In this document: piece after piece, positions 10,427 through 20,000 of the stretch
How the letters are laid out: the number at the start of each line of letters is the position of its first letter
Position numbering within the stretch: position 1 is the stretch's first letter
Assembly: GCA_027604505.1 (NCBI GenBank)
Contig: JADIIX010000117.1
Location: forward strand, 50,023-70,022
Source: Gonapodya sp. JEL0774
Lineage: Eukaryota
Reading direction: 5' to 3'
DNA length: 20,000 nt
Made by a program: the position numbers and the translations under genes
Notes under the pieces: model-generated
What the model was told of the DNA's origin: nothing
The model's input: the letters and a program-made list of their open reading frames with translations, nothing else
Database searches by the model: none

Positions 10427-12600
10427 TCAAACAAAGTAACTACTTGATCTGTTTATGCAAAAGCATTGTTCTTTCCTTCGTGGTTTGATTGTGTTCAGGG
10501 AAGCCCTCGACGTTTTCGGAGCCCATATGTCCTGGCGACACCGACAGAGCATCTGCCTACGTATAGCTTGCGGAAAACCGACCCGCCTTCGTTCGATTGT
10601 GGTTTCCACTATTTGCAGAGTCGTAAATCGACATGTCTTCATTGAATAAAGTGCTGGTGCCCTTTGTATCATCGTGGGCAGTGGCAAGTCGCACGGCACA
10701 CAACCGTCGAGGGCAAGTTCGAGAGCATCCAATGGCTTTGGCGGAATTTTGCGAAAAGGGTCATGAGCGTGGAAGTAGATCAAGAACGGGATGAGTTGGT
10801 TCTCGACTCTGCGAATCAGCAGTCTCGGTTTTGATTTTGCAGTACCATAGACTTTGAGTGACTCCAAACTCACATCCAACCCAAAAAGTGCGCTCTTCTT
10901 CTCCTAAGTCACACTTGTTTCCCCTCATATGTGTATTTTTTTCACCCAGAAGAAGAACACCTTGTCATGACCAGACATTACAATTGTGCCTCAACCGTGC
11001 GGATATGTGGAAGTGGAACTCACCGCACGCACCAGCTCTCGTAACGGCTGGTTTCACTCAACTATCGAAAGCGGGCGGGGTTGCAACGAAGGAGGAAAAT
11101 CATAGATCGTTGAACTTGTAGTAAACATTTGTCACAGAGCAGCGAGGCTCACCTTGGCCCAGCCAACTCATTTTCTAGCAGAGCACAGACTCCAAATCTC
11201 CGCGCTCTCGAACCACGGAACAAGATTTCATTCTCCACCCGGCGTGCTTCCCCAGATCCAGTCGAGGTTGAGGACTGTGCCCAACTGCACAAACCAAGCT
11301 GCGGCTTCTCTTCATCAACGCCTCGGAATACCAAAGCTATTTCAGCCCGATGACAGCCCGAGCTCCCGCTCGTGGGTACGAATTCAAAACTCACGACCTC
11401 GAAGTTGCTTTCCGTGTGAATGTCGCTGGAGGGATCGAGTGGCTTTTTCATTTCGATCGGTTCGAAGAATATCGGGGAACGAGCGGAAAATGTGCGAGTT
11501 ACAGGACATACAGAGCTACCAAGGGGCAGGAGAGGGCCGTTCCATTCCTTGTAGTTATCCCTATCCATGACTACCAAGGGGCAGGAGAGGGCCGCTCCAT
11601 TCCTAGTAGTTATCCCACCAAGGGGGCAGGATACGGCCACTCCATTCCTGGAAGTTCTGAAAAGCACTGAATAAGAAGAAAGTCGACCGCATTCTGAACG
11701 TTGCCACTGCGGGCCGTGAAAGCGACATTTGGATGATGCATTTCTCCACAAAGCAGATTGCGCTGGAAACGGCAGTAAAGGTGAACCCAAAACGGATGAC
11801 TGCCGGCTGCGAATATCCGTCCGCGTCCGGAACATAGAATTGGGAGTGAAATGATACGAAATTGTAAGAGGTAGACAAAAGAAGGTCTTTGTAGTTGTTG
11901 CGATTGTAAGCTTCGTACTTAAGCGCCAATGGTCATCACGGAAGTGCGTGATCCGTCCATTCCCTGAGAACGAGTTCGTGCGCTCAACCTCCCTGACGGA
12001 CACCTTTGTCCAGTTGTTCAAGAGTCGGAGCCCCGGAGTTCCAACGTCGATTTTACGAGAGCCACCTCCATGGCTGTACTTGAGAGATTCGCGCGTTCTT
12101 GAGAGATTGATGCGTTCCTTCTTTGATTCTTCATATTTCATCCATTCATTTTCCTCCCTCGTTCTTCTTTGGACTCGAGATGAAAGCTTCGTTCTTTTGG
12201 TCCGTGATCTGTCTTCTTGGGTCGACTTCATCCCTACAGTCCGGTGTTGTACGCCGTACGGTTTGTAGTGTGCCCTCAGTATCTTGTACAACTTGCGTGT
12301 CCATTTGCCCGCTGTTCGACGCGGTGCAGCCATTCCCTTACATCCGGATGCAAGGAGCCTATTTCATCACGAAGATCCCGAAACTCGAAGTTAATTTCGA
12401 CACGGAATAGGCGGGTGGGCTACTCCGACTCCCACCAAATGCGGTGGCTGGAAATGGTGATGCTCATTGCGGGGAGGGCATGGTAATAAGAGGTGTTTTC
12501 GTCGATTGAGGTGGGAATGTGGAGAGGGATACGGTGACGATGGGTGGTGTATCCTCCGACTTTGGTGTCGGAATCGAAGCGGTAGTGTAGGAGTCCCGCC
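10427..12600 (-). pseudogene. Possible degenerate gene of unknown family (boundaries approximate)
   Basis: Protein-like minus-strand stretches are broken by isolated stops and frame changes: ..SHRIWWESE*PTRLFRVEINFEFRDLRDEIGSLHPDVREWLHRVE (TAG 12422-12420); LEQLDKGVRQGG*AHELVLREWTDHALP**PLALKYEAYNRNNYKDLL...WWDNY* (TGA 11986, TGA TGA 11938/11935, TAG 11605); then MDRDNYKEWNGPLLPLG... and ORF 10427..10879. No domain was recognised. An intact gene with many introns cannot be excluded. Confidence 0.35.
11516..11656. repeat. Local triplication of a ~46-nt unit
   Basis: Copy 1 at 11516-11561 is ctaccaaggggcaggagagggccgttccattccttgtagttatccc. Copy 2 at 11571-11616 is 44/46 identical. Copy 3 at 11617-11656 is more diverged and partial (accaagggggcaggatacggccactccattcctggaagtt). 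Confidence 0.9.
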
Positions 12601-13013
12601 CCCCCCTTTTAGTGCGCCCTCACCCCCCCTCCTGCTATGAGCGGACCACCCCAACAAAATGCACAGTACTAAACAAGTTGCACCAAAATCAAGTATGCGT
12701 TGGTTGCCCAAACCAACTCACTCTTCATTTGGGTGCAACTTGTGTAGACCTCTCCTTGCTGCTGTAGCTCTTCCCTGTTCGATTCCCCCTTCTCGTTACG
12801 ATGCAAATCTTCCGCAGCACTACGCGCGATGGATTCGTCGTCCTTGAGGAAACCGAATTTTCTGATTGATAATTACGGCATTCCCTTCTCCCCTCCCTTC
12901 TCATTCAAAACGAATACACGATAGTTGGAGCATCTCGGTCAATACATTTCACTCAAAAGCACGGAATGATGTTCCGCATTCCCAGAATCAGAAATTCAAT
13001 ATCATTTCCACTG

Positions 13014-15971
13014 TCAACTCGTCCCAATACCCAGTCCAGAGGTGATATCTCCCGTTCTCCTTCTCCGTCCCTCTATCCTTTCCCTCCTTGCAGCGTCTCT
13101 GTCCCGATCGTTTCTTCCCATACTCTCCACAATGGAAGCCATCGCGTCCCTTTCTCGTCTCAATCCTTCAATCTCCCCACGCTGAAGTTTGACCAGTGTC
13201 TCCAAGTCCTCCTTCTCCCGCTTTAACTGCTCAATCTCCGCCTTGTGAGCCGAAACAGCATGCTCCAGCATCAAGTGCGCTGCAGACGGATTCCCAGACG
13301 TCACACTGCTCGCCCCGTTCACAGATCCCGTTGTGGCTGCTGCATGCTGCGGTGTACTTGCAGTGCCGGTCGCGGAACCTCCTGCCACTGACCCGACAGC
13401 ACCTGCAACGGCCCACATCGCTTGCGTTACTGCAGACACTTTTCTCGTCGGTGTAGTACTGGCGGCTGACGACGGCACAACCGAACTTTCATTGCCTTTG
13501 CCCATCTGTCCACGACCTCCGGAACTCTGCTGAGACGCAGAGACACGCCTTGGCGTTTTTTCGCTTGCTTCTGCCGCCTTTTGCGATCTTGGTTGCGTCT
13601 TGCCTGCTTTCCACGACTCCACGACCTGCCCAACCTCCTTCTCGCCGCAACGATCCCTGTAGCTCTCCGCCAGCTGAAGCACCGATAAGCAGCTTGCTTC
13701 ATCTCGGCACACATTTCCCCCCCTCATGGCGTCCAGAATTCTTTCTGTATCTTGCGTCACGACCACAAACGCCGCCGCTTGCTGCATTACCGCACAACTG
13801 ATGCGTACCAGAACAGGCAGAGGGTGGTACTTTGTAGGTCGGTCGGGATCGTCAGTCCCGAGCACGAGAAGGTCCCACACCCGCTCTACGAACCCACGAG
13901 GGAACGACGAGGCGAACAATGTGAGTGCCCACTGGGCGGCATACGATGCGGGCGCGATGCCGACGTTGTCGAGGTGGTCGCGCATCTTGGGCGCCAGTAT
14001 CGCGGCAAAGTAGTCCACAAGGTCCAAGAATAAGTGAAGCCCAGGCATTCCTGGGGTGTAAAGGGTGCGCAAGGGGGTGGTGCTGCCTCGCCCGGCACGA
14101 AGACTTAGGCTGGAAGCAATGGGTGGCCAGCCCTCCATAAAGCGTACCAGGCAGGAAAAGGCCTCCATTTCGGATGCGCCCTGCCAGAGGAGAAATCCCG
14201 CGACGAACGACATGCCCTGGCAATAACCAACTTCGTGATCGTAGAGTGAGTAAGCGTGTAGTACAGATGAAAGGGCGGGGAGAAGGGAGACCGGTTCTGG
14301 AATTACAGGAGCAGGGGTGGCCGCGAGGGTATTGTCAAGAGGGTCATTATTTTGCGTAGAGGGGGAGGATGGTGTGGGGTCCCTGTTGCGCCTGGCAGCG
14401 GCAGGTATAGGCAAGGTAGGAGACTTTGCCGAGACCGCACCAGAAGTCGCTCCAGAGCTGGCACTTGCGGGTTTGAACTCAGGCACATGTGGAAACGTCC
14501 TGCTCACATCACCAGCCACAATTTTATCGTAGGCCGAGGCTTCGTTGCTCGCGTGAGCGTACAGTCCAGCACAGTCGCGTTCGACCTCGGATGCGTCACA
14601 GAGAGCACGCCACACACGCATTCTAAGTTGTGGTGGTGGGCCACGATTACGTACACGGCGGCCAATGTCGCGTGGGCTACGGCTCACGGGGTTCTCTGCC
14701 ACGGAATCCCAGAAGGCGAGGTCTTCCGGTGATGCAGATTCGGCGAGCGATGGTAACGGCAAGAGAAAAAACTCTGGCGGAGGGTGTCCCCGAATGAGCG
14801 ATCTGCGACGCTTGACCGTGATGCCCGTCGAGGCCGCAAGTTTCTCGATGGTGGCAGCGGATGCGTGCACGCGACCAGAGCGGAGTGATATGGCTTTCGG
14901 GTCGGATGAGAGCGAGGCGTTTTGGGACTCAAGCATGCGAAGAAGGGAAGGTTCGCGGGTGAGGGAGGTGCTGCCGGATTGTTGAGTCTGGATCACCCGG
15001 GGTGTGCGATAGGGTGTGGATGCGGGGCTGGGATTGGAGGAGGAAGTAGGAGAAGAGGTTGGGGAGTCAGAGTCGGGGACAATGTCGGGGAGCTGGGAGT
15101 GCAGAGGTGGTTGTGTCGTTGTTAGAGCTATCAGTTGACCGAGTGGATTCTTTCTCTGCAGACTTATGTCTTCAGGCTCTCTGTCTCAAGTCGCTCGGGA
15201 AACTTGGTTTGGACACTGTTGGGCCTGAGAGCACGAAGAGTTCCGTGCGCAAGGGATACTCCCCTGAACGACCCTTGTCCAGGCAACAACCGCCAGTAAC
15301 CCTGTTCCAATCCGTCAAGAAAATGATCACTTGCGGTGGTATAGTCAAAGATTTGTCACCTTCCATTCGGATTTACCGTATCACGAAATCCTGACCGTCC
15401 GGACCCCGTCCACACATCTTTTGACGAGGTGTTGTAATGATGCACTCACCCTCCGGTCCCCAACATCTTCTTCATTAACCTGTCCTGCATCCAACAATGT
15501 CATGTTTTGGGATTCCTCCTCAGGCTCCGAGTCCGAATCCGCGCCAAACAACGCCCTCGTTATCGACGGAGAGATCGGTCTCGGCAATGCCATTGGCACA
15601 CTGGATTGCACTCCTCCTCCAGCTGGTGCTCGCAATGGCGCAGGTGAGAGTAAAGATTGACCAGCGTATGTTGTCTGGCTCGTCGTCGTCGGTCGCGCTT
15701 CTGTGGTCCTGCTTCTTCCGACCACCCTGCTCGCCGCCGCGGGAGCAGCCAAGCCAGAACTCGATCCGCCACCTGCAGCTGTAGATATCGCGGATCCAGC
15801 TCCCGGTGCTGCTCCCGCTCCCGGTCCAGCTCCGAGTCCCAACCTGCCGCTAACAACATCTCGCAGCTCCCCCACCGAGTTTCCCAGGTCCGCCGCGCTT
15901 TCACCTTCCATCGCCTGCAACGTCCGCAAAAAATCCGGCGAGGAAGGTCGCCGAAAATGGGCGGTGGTCAT
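13014..15971 (-). CDS. TBC-domain Rab GTPase-activating protein (Gyp5/EVI5-like architecture) with C-terminal coiled coil
   Basis: TBC motifs are GPPPQLRMRVWRAL, IVAGDVSRTFP (Arg finger, R at ~14501), EVGYCQGMSFVAGFLL (Gln finger, ~14226-14215) and YAAQWALTLFASSFPRGFVERVWD. The C-terminal coiled coil reads AEIEQLKREKEDLETLVKLQRGEIEGLRRERDAM. Exon 1 (15971 or 15911 to 15450) joins exon 2 (15092-13014) through a phase-0 intron at 15449-15093 (gtgagt..ctaac..cccag), giving ~846-866 aa. Confidence 0.9.
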
Positions 15972-17402
15972 CGGGGACTGCTTTGGTGTCCTTGCGGGAA
16001 CTTAAGTATTTCTTGTTTCCATAAACACCAACTACCGTCTTTTTCTTCGCTGAATCGGCGGTCTAAAATACGTCCCATTTCTTCAGAGCATTCTGTAAAG
16101 TTACGCTTGTCGTCTTTGTTTTCCTGTACTTCCGAATTGTGTAATTCGTAGATGAAAGACGATGTACTCCTGCATGTATCGTTGTCCCTACATAAATAGT
16201 GGTTATTTATGGATCTGGCATATGTACGAGCTGTCGTTTACAGTTCGTGTGAGGTTTTGAGTACGTAGGTTCGCCACCACTCCCAGTCATCGATCAAGGA
16301 ATTCCTCCAACCACGCCCTTGTGAGCTGCAGAGACTTTCAGAAATCTTTCGCAAATATCATCTTAACAATACATTTTCTGATATGCGTCCAGGATTCCCG
16401 CGCGTTGCCTGAGCTGTCTCTCACGTTGAAGTATGGCCGCCCACTCTCTCGCGAAAGAGCGGGTAACAGTGTGTGTCCAGCGGATTTGTGGTACCGTGCA
16501 TAAGAAGGAACTTTCGGTTTCACGGCCGGTTGCTACCCTTATCGGACAGAAATGGTCGCCGCGCGTGGTTGAAAGGCGAGAACGTTGGCCACGCCTGGCT
16601 GCCCTTCTATATCGGACCTATTCTCCTCGTTTGTTCATTGACTATCGTGACAGTGGAGAGTGCACCTTGCGACAGCGACGGGTCTGGAGCTTCAAGTTGC
16701 AGAAGGAAAATGAAGAAAAATGAAAACTCGCACAAAGCAACCTCACGTCAAGCATCCTCAAAGCGGACCTCAACGAGAGTGCGACCTGGTGTGTAGATTT
16801 TCGTTCATGGGGACCGTTTAGTGGCAAGTTTGTCTTAAATTATGAAGACTCGACACCACAGTCATGATCACAGAGCCCAACTGTGTTCTTCAAACAGAAC
16901 ACCTCCCCGTGGTGGTACCCGGGCAGCGTCATACGAGATCTCTATCTCGTTGAGGGCGAACGTTCACGTGTCTCAAACGGGGTTTCACCGTAATGATGAA
17001 CTCATGTGGAGATGGGCTCGGGAGGCAGTAAAACAGCACAATACATTGAAATTCAGCATATAGTGAAGTCATCTTGACAACGTTCCCAATAAATAAATTT
17101 TTGAGACCGTCTCCTTGTTTTTTTGGTATATATACCCAGCTGCTCTTGTTTTGAATCCCCACGACCCTTCTTGCTCCCCTATCACAAAACGGGAAGCAGT
17201 GCAATACCGAGTCTGCCAACAGAAAAAGTAGCCCTCTGAGCTTGGAAAACAAAAAAGAAAAACTTCAAAGTGGGCGATTGCGGACGGGTCAGAAAAAACC
17301 AAACGGAATCATCTCGAAGTCTTGGTGTCGCGAAACAAGGACTGGAACAAGGGCTGCTCCATCGAAGTTTCCGCTTTTTGTTTCTCCCGGACTGGCTGCT
17401 CG

Positions 17403-19121
17403 ATGAGCGAACAAGATTCGTCTTCCGCATCTCAAGCCGCTTCGGAAACGCGAGGGGTTCACAGTGCAGGGAGGCAGCATGCTGCATGGTATCATAAGGA
17501 CAGCCCATCATTAGACACTACGGCAGGAGCCGAAACAACGGAGACGATGGAGACGAAGACAACGATAGTGAGTTGATTCTTCGCCGTCGGTTTGGCGCCC
17601 CCTTTTGATGACCCTTGGCGTCACACACTGCACTGGACCAGGTGGTTCCGACGTCCACGAGCCCAGATCCGTCAGCCACCTCCGTCGATCCAGGCGTGGA
17701 TGTTATTCTGCCGAGCCCAATTGAAGACATCTTCAGCTCGATAGTCTACCCGGCAACAATCCTCTTTCCTTGGCCTGTACCTGTTCCCTATCCCACACCG
17801 GATCCTCTGCCAGACCCGCAACCGGACACTTCTTGGGACTCGACACCCACCTTTGCTCGAACGGATTATCCCGGCTACTACTCTCCCCCCGAGGCTCCCC
17901 TTTCTACATCAGCCAACTCGGCATTCAAATATGCCACCCTCCCTGCGACCTATGGTGCAGAAACCGGCACAATCCCACTGAACAAATTAGTACAATATGG
18001 TCCAAAGACGACGGATAAGTTTGAGGGGTCCACACCGTGGGTATACCGAGAAATTTTGGTCGCTGGGAGGAGTTCCATTTGTGGGCCAACATCTCAGGCT
18101 CTACCTTGCGCAAAGCAAGTGCATCTTCTTCAGAGTCAAGGATCCATCTGTTGCCATGAATTGCGCGTACGATTGTGTGCACAGATGCGGGAATCGAACC
18201 TCATTTTCAATCTGGACTCTCACCAACACCTATCACCAACCCTTTCTCTATCTCCTAAATCTCAGAACTCTCACCACCAAGACCCCCATCCACATCGACC
18301 ACCTTGTCCAGGTACCGACCATCACGGACCCTGTTCATTCGGTCCCTCTCACCGTCATCGGCGCCCGCACTATCTGGGGTGTAGCCCCTACTCCGCACAG
18401 CCCCACCGACGATCTATCAACCTTCTTGACATCGTCGATTTCTCCGGCGGTCTGGATTGCCGTCGGACTCTCCGTTCTCGCCGCAGCGATGGTGGCTTTT
18501 ACGATTGCCATTATGGTGTGGGCAAGAAAGAGGGCAGGGTTGGTGCCCGATTCGACCAGGGGAGCACGTGCAAGAAGCAGGGGAGGAGGGGAATATGGCG
18601 CTCGAATGAGTGGACAGGATTATTGGAACGGGTGGGGGGACGAGAAGGTCAAGACGATGGCAACTGAAAAACACCTTGGAACGCTCGACTCGCCAGTCTT
18701 ACCAACTGCGGCCGGTCTTGCCTCGCCCCGTGGAGATGCAGCACAAATGGGTAGACCGGCAGAAACATTGGACTCTGCAACAACGCGCGGGCCAACTGCT
18801 CTCGTTCGAGCGTGGCTCCGGGGAGTCGCACCAACGCCAGCACCTGTTGACCCCGCCAGCTTGACTATCCCCGCCTCACCCTCTTCAGTGAGCAGCTCTG
18901 GTGCTCCATCGCATCTCACATTGCCCAGGTTCCCCAGGTCACCCACTAGTCCCACATCGCTTGCACCTTCGACATTCTCGTCCGCACAAAACACGTCCAT
19001 GCGTACGCCTGTGGCCGGTGGATTTGGTCTCAGCAGTGAGGAAGCGAATTCGACGAGTCGAAATGATCGACAGGGATGGAAGGGTCTGTGGCGAAATGTG
19101 GGGTGGAGGGGTCGACGATGA
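17403..19121 (+). CDS. Single-pass membrane protein with Pro/Ser/Thr-rich N-terminal region and low-complexity cytoplasmic tail
   Basis: Probable exons are 17403-17567 (donor gtgagt), 17642-~18166 and 18312-19121. The second donor is uncertain (18041 or 18167, both phase 0). The hydrophobic segment VWIAVGLSVLAAAMVAFTIAIMVWA (~18450-18524) is followed by RKR (positive-inside). The start codon is tentative. Confidence 0.7.
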
Positions 19122-20000
19122 CACAGCGAGTCAGTGGGACTGTAAAGTATGCGTTGTAGTCCGTGACAGGGCAGAGGACTGCATTTCGCGGAGCGAAAAT
19201 ATTGCTACCGATTTTCTGGTGTCAGGAGGAGAAGAGGGAACGCGCCGGCGCGTGTCCACTCCATGGCAAGGGCTTGCGACTTGTACCACTGTTGTTGGGG
19301 CTCTGCCACTTGACGGAGAGATGTTGGGACGCGTACATTGACACATGTGCACTGAGAAGGGCATACGGTCTTTTCTTCTTCCTTATTTTCATTACTGCAT
19401 TGAGGTATTCACTACGCGCCGCAAATTGCATTCTTGCCGCGGATGTATGATATGACAATAATTTCAACCGAACTGTTTCTGGGCGCCGTGTAGTCCACCT
19501 CCGGAGAAGTTGGGGGACAGGGTGTGCAAATATTGCCAAAATCTTGAACAGCTTGCCCTGAACAACTATGGTGTGCTGCTCTTGACAATTCCCATTACTC
19601 TTATTTCCTCACTCAAAAGTTGAGCTCACTCTCGTCAGCAGGAGTTAAGACTGGTCTTATCCCAGAAGTGTTCGGAAAAATGGGACACCATAGAACGTAA
19701 ACACCCTCGTTTTGAGAACTTGTACTTCCGCTGGGCAGAGAAGATCCAAACTTTGAGGAGAAATGGCGATCCACCACCCTTTGTAAATACCTCCCTCTGA
19801 CCGAAAAGCAGAGTATGTACTGGAATCGTGATTGGGACCCAGACACACAGAAGGAATAGTAAGCATAGAATTGTACATCTAGGAAGGGATTGGACGTGAT
19901 TACTCTGAACGTATGCAGTTTGGTATACCATGATTGAACGGCCACCCCAAAACGCGAGTACTTTCATTTTCAAAATCACACTTTTCTTTTCAAAAGCACG

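Noticed and set aside
11516..11656. CRISPR-like array
   Set aside because: Eukaryotic context, only three units, spacers of 9 and 0 nt, and no cas genes.
11149..12333. 394-aa minus-strand ORF as an intact gene
   Set aside because: It appears to be a mosaic: the most protein-like sequence switches frames along it, and no domain was recognised. Treated as part of the possible pseudogene.
13196..15125. Numerous + strand ORFs opposite the TBC gene (and similar antisense ORFs over the other genes)
   Set aside because: Antisense shadows expected in GC-rich coding DNA.
16000..17400. ORFs and weak hairpins in the divergent intergenic region
   Set aside because: No coding signature and no tRNA or ncRNA motif. 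Likely promoter/UTR sequence, but no specific element can be supported.
17615..19121. Overlapping 350-aa and 374-aa ORFs as a programmed frameshift or dual-coding region
   Set aside because: A phase-0 GT-AG intron ending at 18311 explains the frame switch.
19222..19979. Minus-strand ORF fragments at the right edge as the 3' part of another gene
   Set aside because: Some splice-like signals are present, but there is no recognisable domain or consistent exon chain.

Overview
Eukaryotic, intron-containing genomic DNA with short GT-AG introns and CTAAC/CTGAC branch points, most consistent with a fungus. An early-diverging lineage such as Monoblepharidomycetes/chytrids is my recollection-based guess from the ankyrin gene and is not verified. 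Four spliced genes can be reconstructed by hand: (1) a ~1,500-aa + strand putative chromatin protein with a divergent PWWP-like domain split by two introns, three AT-hooks and a coiled coil (5' end unresolved, ends at 5850); (2) a 784-aa - strand protein with atypical N-terminal ankyrin-like repeats, a Ser-rich region, a coiled coil and a Q/P-rich tail (9262..6229); (3) a - strand TBC-domain Rab GAP of the Gyp5/EVI5 type (15971..13014); (4) a + strand single-pass membrane protein with a Pro/Ser/Thr-rich N-terminal region (~17403..19121). About 10.4-12.6 kb looks like a decayed - strand gene with stops, frameshifts and a near-perfect internal triplication. I found no prokaryotic-type system, CRISPR array, tRNA, rRNA or recognisable transposase. 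Most short ORFs in the track are antisense or off-frame shadows. The novelty candidates are modest.
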